Below are positions 54,745-64,000 of a DNA stretch of 64,000 nucleotides, in pieces (within the stretch, counting starts at the first letter, position 1; every line of letters begins with the position of its first letter). The position numbers and the translations under genes are program-made. Origin of the DNA: Octopus vulgaris (taxonomy: Eukaryota); NCBI GenBank assembly GCA_951406725.2, contig OX597825.1, forward strand, positions 21,266,001 to 21,330,000, given 5' to 3'. Under the pieces are notes generated by a model that had not been told where the DNA came from, did no database searches, and saw nothing but the letters and a program-made list of their open reading frames with translations.

Positions 54745-55332
54745 AACAAGTGCTGAACTGGTTCTTATTTCATCGACCCGGAACGGATGAGTAGCAAAGT
54801 CAACCTCGGCATAATTCTCCTTGAGAACGGTAGAAATGTTAAGCAGATTTTCCGGCGCGTTGACGATTCTGCCAACTCGCTGCTTTTCGAATTTTGGTAC
54901 AAGGCCAGCAATTTCAGGACAGGAGCTAAGTTGATTACATTGACCCCGAGCACTCAAATGTTTCTTATTTTATCGTCCTCAAATGTATGAAAGATAAATT
55001 CGACTCCGGCGCAGTTTGAACTCAGAACGTATAGACGGACGAAATGACGCTAAGAAATTTGTCCGGCGAATTAGACGATTCTGCCAGTTTACTGCCTTAC
55101 AATATAAGTTATAATATATTCTCTTCTACTCTAGACACAAAACCCGAAATCTTTCGAGAGGGGTCTAGTCGATTAGATCGACTTCAGTACGCAAATGGTA
55201 CTTAATTTATCGACCCCGAAAGGATGAAAGGCAAAGTCGACCTCGGGGGAATTTGAACTCAGAACATAAAGGCAGACGAGATACGGTTAAGCATTTCGCC
55301 CAGCATGCTAACGTTTCTGCCAGCTTGCCGTC
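54745..55332 (-). mobile_element. Three head-to-tail SINE-C copies of differing divergence
   Basis: The atcgacccc..aaggatgaaaggcaaagtcgacctcgg block recurs at ~54772, ~54971 and ~55209. Confidence 0.8.
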
Positions 55333-55420
55333 TTATATGATAGTTCATAGAAAATAACGAAATGTTTACTGATCGTGGGACATAAAGATTTAGGGATCAA
55401 TTAATAATTTTGACTGTAAG

Positions 55421-55948
55421 TTTCGGAGCTAATGCAGTTTCGCACCTCTCCATGAAAAACGTATTTAAAAAAAAAAAAATTTCAGATTCCTACGTTTAAG
55501 ATGTCGGAGATTACGAATATGCAATAAAAGCCCCCCAAAACAAAAAACCCTCTCCTTAAAATTTTGAACTTTTTTCGAAATTTGTTTCCCCTTATGTTTT
55601 AGTTGACAGAGATTCCGAATATGCAAAAAACCAAGTTTTCAAAATTTTAAATTCAATAAGCATATAGATGTAGGTATAAAGAGATAGATACGAATGTCTT
55701 CCCAGGGCTAAAAACAACAGTAACACCCTCTTCTACAGGACCACCACATTTATTTGACAAATATATTTTGTGAATAAACGGACAGGGATAAATAGATAGA
55801 CAGGTAAAGAAATGAATGAAAAAGTTCAAAATTAAATTTCTTTTGCATATTCGTAATCTCCGACATCTAAAACGTATGAATCCGAAAATATTTTTTCAAA
55901 AAACTGCATTTTACAAGGAGAGGTGCGAAACTGCATTAGCCCCCAAAT
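55421..55948. mobile_element. MITE with ~105-bp terminal inverted repeats
   Basis: gctaatgcagtttcgcacctctcc...gatgtcggagattacgaatatgcaa versus ttgcatattcgtaatctccgacatc...ggagaggtgcgaaactgcattagc. Confidence 0.85.
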
Positions 55949-56289
55949 TTCGCCTTATCTGCATGCTTAATCAGATTGCTTGAAAAACTGATAAGGCTAA
56001 ATTTGAAGTACCAGTCAATTAACAATTTATACACCTAATACACACACACACGCACGCACACGTGTGTATATAAGTATGTATGCATTAATGTATGCATGTA
56101 TGTATGTATGTATGTATGTATGTATGTATGTATGTATGTATGTATGTATGTATGTATGTATGTATGTATGTATGAATGTATGTATGCTCGCATGCATGCA
56201 TTTATGTGTGTATGTGTGTATGTATGTATTTTGTCTGGCTTGCTAGCGGTTCTGCCAGCTCGGAGCCTTAATAATGATAATAATAATGG

Positions 56290-56499
56290 CTTCAATTTTT
56301 GTCGCAAGGCTAGCAATTTGGGGGATGGGTTAAAACGATTATATCGGCCCCAGTACTCCACATGTACTTATTTAATCGACCCCGAAATGATGAAAGGCAA
56401 AGTCTACCCCGGAGACATTTGAACTCAGAGAGTGAAGATAGCCGAAATGCCGCTAAGCATTTTGCCCGGCGTGCTAACGGTTCTGCCAGCTCGCCGCCT
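56290..56499 (-). mobile_element. SINE family C (older tail)
   Basis: Head ggcggcgagctggcagaaccgttagc on the minus strand. Confidence 0.8.
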
Positions 56500-56624
56500 T
56501 AATAATAACAAAAACAACAGAACAATAATAATAATAATAATAAAACAAGAATAATGATAATAATAATAATAATAATATAATAACAATAATAATAATAATA
56601 ACAACAACAAGAATAATGATAGCA

Positions 56625-56658
<34 letters not shown>

Positions 56659-56666
56659 CATAATAC

Positions 56667-56732
<66 letters not shown>

Positions 56733-56737
56733 TAACA

Positions 56738-58955
56738 GGAACTCATAAAAAGCTGGCAGAGAGATTTAATGAAATACTAGCAGAGCCAAAGACAATGCCT
56801 GAATGGCTCACGGATGGGAAGACCATCCTAATTCCCAAATCCACCGATATGTTGTCTTGCTACAATTTACAAAGGCTTTACTGCACTAAATTCGCAGAGA
56901 ATCAGCAAGCATCTGGAAGAAAACAACCTGTTTCCAGAAGAACAGGAGGAATGCTGCAAGGGATTATGCGGCTGTAAAGATCAGCTGCAGATCAATGAAA
57001 CCATAACAGAAGATGGCAGCAGAAGGAAGAAGGGTCTAAGTATGGCCTGGATCGATTACCGAAATGCTTTTGATACTATTCCCCACACATGGATCCTAGA
57101 CACACTAGTCATGAACAACGCTGCACCAATAATCATAAACTATATAAAAAATTCCATGAATAAATAGCAGACAGTTCTACAGCCCCAGATAAAAGAGGGA
57201 CTCATAAAAACCAAAGCCATCCCCATTAGAATAGGAATATTCCAGCGGGGTCACTCTCTCCACTCCTTTTCTGCTTAGCACTGACACCTTTATCTAACAT
57301 GCTAAACAGAATTGGATGTGGATACAACTGTTACGGCAAAACAATCAGCCACCTTATATATATGGATGATCTAAAACTGTATACTACAAATGATAAACAG
57401 CTGGAAACATTACTACAGATAGTACATGGATTTACCTTAGAAATAAATATGAAATTTGTCTCAGAAAAATGTGTCAAAGCAACCTTGAAAAGAGGAAAAC
57501 TAGTTAAGTGTAGTAATATCACACTAGATAGAGCAAATGAAATACGAGAATTAGATCAAAACCAGACATACAAATACTTAGGAATCAATGAACTAGATAC
57601 TATACAACACACACGAATGAAAGAGAAAATAAGAAAAGAATACTATAGACGATTTAGATTAACACTGAAAACAGCTCAATGCGGAAAACAAAGTAAGTAT
57701 CAACACTCTAGCCTTCCCAGTTATAAGTTACAGTTACAATATTCTCAACTGGACTCTAAATGAACTATTCAAAAGAGACAGGAAAACAAGAAAAACAATG
57801 ATAGGATTTAGGATGCACCTCCCAAAATCTGACATAGGTTATATACACAACGTATCGAAGGTGGTAGAGGACTTATATAGCTAGAAAACTATTACAAAAT
57901 AACCACCATAGGACTACAGAAATTCCTACTTCAGAAGCAAGGGAAATTAATACAAATAACCACTAAACACGAACAAAACAAAAAAACTGTTTTCAGTTTT
58001 TAAGGACGCTGACAAATACAAAAGGGAAGTCATAGTACCTAACAATTATGAAGAGAAGAAGAAATAACAAAAACTGTAAAACAAAGGAAATACAAACTAA
58101 AATTGGAGCAGCAACGGATCATGATAAAACGAGGGCGAGAAAAGGTTAATACTAGGTTAAATTAATCAGAAAAGAAATAGACAAAGCAAAATCCCAACAA
58201 TGGCTGAGAAGCTCAAGACTCAAAGCTGAGACCGAAGGATTTTTAATTGCAGCACAAGACCAAAGCTTCCCCACCAGAAATCACCAAAAACATATTATGA
58301 AAAGAAACATAACAAGTAACTGCAGAATATGTGGAGACGGACAAGAAACAATAAATCATATTATCTCAGGTTGCCCAGTCCTGGCAAAGAAGGAATATAT
58401 TCACAGATACGACAGAGTTGGGATCTGTATAACCTGGAAGATGTGTCAACACTATGGAATAACAATAGAAAAAAGATGGTATAGGCACACATCAGAAAAT
58501 GTCACAGAAAAGGAGAAAGCAACCATACTCTGGGATATGCCGATACACACAGATAGAGAAATTAAGGGCAAAAGGCCGGATATAGTTGTCAGAGATCATC
58601 AAATAGAAAAATGTTTTCTAATTGATGTATCAATACCAACAGAGGGCAAGGTTTTTCTAAAAGAAACGGAAAAACATTCAAAATACAAAGACCTGGAACT
58701 CGAATGTGGAATCTAAAAACAGAAACAGCTCCTATCATAGTGGGCGCGTGAGGTATGATAAAAAATATTCAGACAAATACATAAGAAAAACACCATGACT
58801 AACAAGTATATATAACATACAAAAAATAGCACTAAGCACCGCACACATCCTACATAAAACGCTTTCAATATAATAAAAATAAGAGCAGCACATACACAAG
58901 GCACGCTGAGATGCGCTCGGTAGTGCAGTGAAAGCACGTGATAGAAATAAGACTA

Positions 58956-58958
<3 letters not shown>
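56738..58958 (+). mobile_element. Dong/R4-clade non-LTR retrotransposon, 5'-truncated and inactivated (RT + CCHC + RLE)
   Basis: PEWLTDGKTILIPK, MAWIDYRNAFD, HLIYMDDLKLY, YKYLGI, ETEGFLIAAQDQ, CRICGDGQETINHIISGCPVLAKKEYIHR, ILWDMPIHTDREIKGKRPDIVV. Several stops and frameshifts. Flanked on both sides by (AAT)n. Confidence 0.92.
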
Positions 58959-59032
<74 letters not shown>

Positions 59033-59379
59033 TGATGATGATGACGATGATGATGATGATGACGATGATGATGATGATGATGATGACGATGATGATGATG
59101 AAGATGATGATGATAACAAGAGCAACAACAAACGTTTTTTTTCTTTATTTTACTACAAAGTCCTGTTCAACAACGTGTTACAAAAAGCAAAGAAAGAATT
59201 CTTGGGATGTACATACATAGCAATACAAAAACGAGGGTAGTATGTGATATATTCTAATATATTACATTCTTAAAATTAACGTAAATGATATCATACTCTT
59301 GATGTAGTTGCTGTTGCGAGTGGTGTTGTTGTATCGTTGCGTAAAGGTGCCTCTCCCATCTGTTCATATCTGCCAGATT

Positions 59380-59800
59380 TTTTAGGGTTGGCAAATGTTT
59401 GCATCCTGGGTTTCCGTCCGGAACGACCACAAATAGTTGCGCGCTGTCAGGCAAATTGATCAGGTCCGGGATAGATTCCATGCTTCTTGATTCGTTCGTT
59501 TGGATCAATAGCTCTATCTCTTGGTCTTACCAATTTTGTTTCTTCAGCCTTTGGATCTGCAGAATATTGGTGTTGCCTTCTTTGTCGAAAAGGACAAGTG
59601 TTTACTTCCGGAGACACATCGACAATTTTTATTCTTACTACCTTACGGCAAAGGTAGATTAGTATGAAGATGAACGCGTCACTCTTTAGCGTTTTTGTGG
59701 AGTCCTTCTTGGTTTTATCTTCCGGTGAAAATCTCATCACTACTGAGCCGTATATTTCCCCTTCCCCTAGCGACGTACATTTTGGTCTGAGACACTTTCC
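59380..59800 (-). pseudogene. Putative retroelement ORF1/gag-like remnant
   Basis: RKVVRIKIVDVSPEV and EIELLIQTNESRSMESIPDLINLPDSAQLFVVVPDGNPGC in shifted frames. Resembles 40420-40600. Confidence 0.3.
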
Positions 59801-60307
59801 TATTTGCTGTTATGTTGCTTACTCTATAATCTTTATTTGTTACAGTCATTAGACTGACGCCTTGCTGGGGCACCGCCTTGGAGAATTTTATTAGAATGAG
59901 TGAATGGATCAATCTCAGTACTTATTTTTGAAAACCATGAAATTATTCTATCACACTTTTTGCTGAGCCGCAATAGCCAATACCAGGTTCTTTTCGTCAA
60001 ACTATCGTATCTCCAGGTGCTTCAGATGAAAATTGTCAAAGAGTAGTACAACGGTTTAGCATTTATCAAAAATGTTTAAGCCCCACATACGACAGTTTTG
60101 CAAAAATATTTCTGACAGAAAATATCATACATGTATGAAGTTGCGATTTTATGCACCCAACAAAGTATTATTGTTCAGCCGAAACTGTTGCTAATGGAAA
60201 AAGAAATGGAATGGTGAAACTATTCTTTCGTTTTCCGAAAAAGGATCGTTTTGGACTTACGACGCTTTTGCATAATAGCAACGATTTATATTTTCGTTGC
60301 TGTTAAC

Positions 60308-60515
60308 GCGGCGAGCTGGCGAAATCTTTAGCTAGCAGGGGGAAAATGCTTAGCGGCATTTCGCCCGTCCTTTCGTTCTGAGTTCAAATTCCGACAAGGT
60401 CGAGTTTGCCTTTCATCCTGTCGGGGTCCTTAAAATAAGTATCAGTAAAGCACTGGGGTCGATGTAACCGATTTACTACTCCTCAAAGTTTCCGGCCTTG
60501 TGCCTTTAGTAGAAA
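60308..60515 (+). mobile_element. SINE family C (older tail)
   Basis: gcggcgagctggc...gcctttcatcctgtcggggtc...ggccttgtgcctttagtagaaag. Confidence 0.8.
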
Positions 60516-60629
60516 GAATATTTGTGTTGCTTTTGAAAGTGGTGATAGTTGCGGAGGTAGAATTCTCGACTATTTGGTTCTTCTTTGGTTTTCTTCCTCA
60601 TTGTTGCAGTTGTTGCTTGTTTGTTGAGC

Positions 60630-60995
60630 GATGCGGTCTTCGTCCCAGAGCTCGCAAGCTGTAGTGGGAGAAGTCCGAAACGTGGTCCTTTGCTATTCGT
60701 AAGACCCACAGAAGAGAAAGCAGGTCAACCCCCGACACCGAGGGCATCGACGGATGGATGAATGCGCATCCAGGCTCAGCGGTTGCGTAGGAAGTCGGGG
60801 GACAAAAAACAGGAAGAAAGAGTGAGAGAAAGAGTACAACAGGGTCGCCACCACCCCCTGCCGGAGCTTTAGATGTTTTCGTGGAGCTTTAGGTGTTTTC
60901 GCTCAATAAACACACACAACGCCCGGCCTGGGAATCGAAACCGCGATCCTCCGACCGCGAGTCCGCTGCCCTAACCATTGGGCCATTGCGCCTCC
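60630..60995 (-). mobile_element. SINE family B, long form
   Basis: Head ggaggcgcaatggcccaatggttagggcagcggactcgcgg. Confidence 0.8.
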
Positions 60996-61389
60996 ACTGC
61001 GGTTGTTACTGTTTTGGACGGTACTGATGATGACAGCAGAAGTCGGGTTGTGTTGCGTCCACTTTTCTTTTCCTTTTGCATTGTTTTCGACGAAGGCATT
61101 GTTGTTGCTTTCACACATCTTTTGTGAACAGGTTGTAGTGTTTACAATAAATTGCCTGTGGGAACAGCTAACTGCACTCTGGATATGCGAAACCATATTT
61201 TTTTTTAACAAGTAACCTTGCTAGCAAAAGGCTTCAAAATTCGCCCCGAGTGGGGCAAAAGTTTCACAGAGTCAACTAGCTTCAGAGAATACTGGTTGGC
61301 TTAATAAAAAAATGGTACAACAAAAACCAAATTACATTCTTCAAAACAAAATTCACCAATAGCTTACAATCTCCAAAACAACGTCTTTC

Positions 61390-61690
61390 TTTTGCAAATT
61401 TTGGCACCACACCAGCAACTTTAAGGATGGAGAAGGGGTTGGTCGATAACGTGGACCCCAGTGCACAGCTGGTACTTATTTTTATGGATATGAAAAGGAT
61501 GAAAAGCAAAGTCGATCTGGACCTCAAAATGTAAAGAGCTAGAAGAAATACCTATTTCTTTATTACCCACAAGGGGCTAAACATAGAGGGGACAAACAAA
61601 GACAGACATAGGTATTAAGTCGATTACATCGACCCCAGTGCGTAACTGGTGCTTAATTTATAAATACCGTTAAGCATTTTGTTTGACGCG
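61390..61690 (-). mobile_element. Old SINE-C split by a 5'-truncated tail-bearing SINE-C
   Basis: Insert 61553-61661 is flanked by aaatacc at 61546-61552 and 61662-61668. Confidence 0.75.
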
Positions 61691-62514
61691 CCAGATAAAC
61701 TTTCTGTCGTTTTCTGTTTTAGGTTTTTTTTTTTAATATTGTCCGCATTGTTTTTAGTTTATTTTAATTCTTGCATTGTATTAAAAATTCGATCTCAGCA
61801 TCATTAGAACTGCAAAAAACTTCGAATTGGTACCAAGTAGAAAAAACAAAATTAAAAAAAAACAGAAAAAAAATAATTAAAAAAGGACAAAAAAAAAGGA
61901 AAAACGAAATTCCGGCACTCAACTTCTCCTCCTTCCTTGTAAAAGAACAGCGCCACCCCTCTCCTCGACCTTCTCTCACACGCCTTCTCTCTCTCTCTCT
62001 CACCCTCTATCTGTCTATCACTCCCTCTCTCTCTCTCTCTGTCTATATCTCACGTTCTTACTGTTCAATTTTCTTTTCTCACTCTCTTCTTCCGCACAGT
62101 TCCCCTGTCACCTCCTCCCCTTCCTCCTTCTCCTCCTTCACCTCCTCCTCCTCCTCTCCTTCATCACCCTCCCACACTTCCTACTATGATGTTTACGACC
62201 AGGTAAGTAAGTGGTGGGTAAGTGGGTGAGGCGAACGGGAGTAAAGGAGAAGGAGAATGAGAAGGAAAGAGTGTGTGTGCGTATGTGTGCGTGTGTGTGT
62301 GTGAGTGTGTGTGTGTGTGAGAGAGCATGTGTACGTGTGTGTGTGTGTGTGTGTGGCTTGCTTGCCCGGAGGAAACGACCGACACACAACGCAATACAGC
62401 GGTACACAGACACAACACAATCACAACATGACTTAGTTATACATACACAGCCAGCCGACACACCACAGCAATATATAGTAAAGCCACAGTTTAGCCAGAC
62501 GATAAGACACAGCA

Positions 62515-62529
62515 CAGCTGACTCAGCTG
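62515..62529. promoter_or_regulatory. Palindromic AP-1-like site overlapped by two E-boxes
   Basis: CAGCTGACTCAGCTG (TGACTCA core, CAGCTG twice), ~300 bp upstream of the candidate start codon. Function untested. Confidence 0.25.
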
Positions 62530-62813
62530 AGGTACGAACCTATGTTCTCCTCAGCCGAGAAATTTAACACGGAAAATTAATTGATTAAAAGACAACATTA
62601 AATAATTAACGAACACGATAAAACCCTTATATACATGTATACTTACAAAATACACGAAAACACACGACGATTTCAAGAATACAGCATTGGATTATTATTA
62701 TTAAGACACACTACAATTATAATTAATATAATTCTTAATTGCTTATATCGTAATCTCCATAATAGTTTGTGATCATCATCATCATCATCTTTATGATAAA
62801 CTTACCAGTCCAC

Positions 62814-62949
62814 ATGGAGCGTAATTCGGGCAGTTTTTGCGCATCTCTGTTGTTGGTGATAGTATCGGTACACATGCCGCTCCCGATACAGTCAAAATTA
62901 CCTTTAAAACCGCAACCAGACACAGGTCAGACGGCTTCGCCTATAGCAG
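62814..62949 (+). CDS. Candidate first coding exon of a secreted or membrane protein (signal-peptide-like), gene continuing beyond the window
   Basis: ATG at 62814, with an in-frame upstream ATG at 62793. Encodes MERNSGSFCASLLLVIVSVHMPLPIQSKLPLKPQPDTGQTASPIA in non-repetitive, GC-richer sequence. Ends at consensus donor CAG|GTAAGT in phase 1. Confidence 0.5.
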
Positions 62950-62978
62950 GTAAGTTCAATTATCATTAAATAAATAAG

Positions 62979-63045
<67 letters not shown>

Positions 63046-63176
63046 ATGAAATGCGTGTGTTTATATATACATTACATCTATCTATCTATCTATCTATCTG
63101 TCTATCTATGTATCTATCTTTATATACATGAATATACATGTGTGTATATAAATATATATATGTGTGTATATATTTA

Positions 63177-63214
<38 letters not shown>

Positions 63215-63286
63215 TGCATGAATTGTGTATTTATATATACATATATGTATGTATATATGTATATTGTATACAAAGATACATATCGT

Positions 63287-63330
<44 letters not shown>

Positions 63331-63355
63331 TATAATATCTATGCAATTATTTAAT

Positions 63356-63393
<38 letters not shown>

Positions 63394-63470
63394 AAGTATG
63401 CATATATCTAATTGCTCGTTCCATGCTCTATGCGCGCGTGAGAGTGATTTTGGGTGTGTATGTGTGTGGA

Positions 63471-63512
<42 letters not shown>

Positions 63513-63532
63513 TATTATATAAATATGAAAAA

Positions 63533-63579
<47 letters not shown>

Positions 63580-63830
63580 TATTATATAAATATGAAACAG
63601 CATATATATATATATATATACATATACATACACACACAAACACATATATATATATATATAGATATATATACATATATGTATATGAGCGAGAACATTTTGT
63701 ATATGTGAAATTGTGAGAATATATGTGATTATGTAAAGTGTGTATCTGTATGAATACAAACCAATCCCGCGTATTAAGTTAAGTGTTAATCACTTTTAAT
63801 GTGTTCGCAAGTTAAAGGAAAAATGAAACC

Positions 63831-63925
<95 letters not shown>

Positions 63926-64000
63926 CTCTATATCTCTCTATCTCTCTATCTCTCTCTCTCTATATATATATATATCTAACTATCTATATTTACGTATGTA

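Noticed and set aside
62200-62208. CAG|GTAAGT donor upstream of the candidate exon
   Set aside because: Preceded by low-complexity CT-rich sequence with no supported exon; may be a UTR exon but untestable here.
62806-62940. Alternative minus-strand exon AKPSDLCLVAVLKVILTVSGAACVPILSPTTEMRKNCPNYAPCGL
   Set aside because: The acceptor lacks a polypyrimidine tract and no further minus-strand exons were found in the following 62 kb; the plus-strand reading is preferred, though this one is not excluded.

Overview
AT-rich, microsatellite-saturated eukaryotic DNA that is almost entirely non-coding. The tRNA-derived SINE families and the (TA)n/(TATC)n/(TATG)n/(AAT)n load point to an octopus genome; this is an inference from recognising the repeats, with no search run. 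Nearly all ORFs in the supplied track are translations of simple repeats. Recognisable protein-coding traces are decayed transposons: a Tx1/L1-type LINE 3' end, a Dong/R4 LINE inside (AAT)n, RTE and HERO-like LINE remnants, Penelope-like remnants, a hATm-like transposase and mariner fragments. Helitron/HINE elements, MITEs and roughly 30 SINE copies or fragments from three families (called A, B and C here) are also present. The only host-gene candidate is a signal-peptide-like first coding exon at 62814-62949 (+) ending in a phase-1 CAG|GTAAGT donor. Three observations stand out. (i) Four type-I hammerhead ribozyme motifs with intact catalytic cores, plus several decayed ones, mostly tied to Penelope-like termini and palindromes. 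(ii) A SINE-C subfamily whose 3' tail matches the Tx1 LINE tail and which repeatedly inserts at GG(T)ATT sites inside older SINEs, with visible target-site duplications. (iii) A dense cluster of fold-back duplications at 20.4-24.8 kb. Element boundaries were read by eye and are approximate unless motif coordinates are given.
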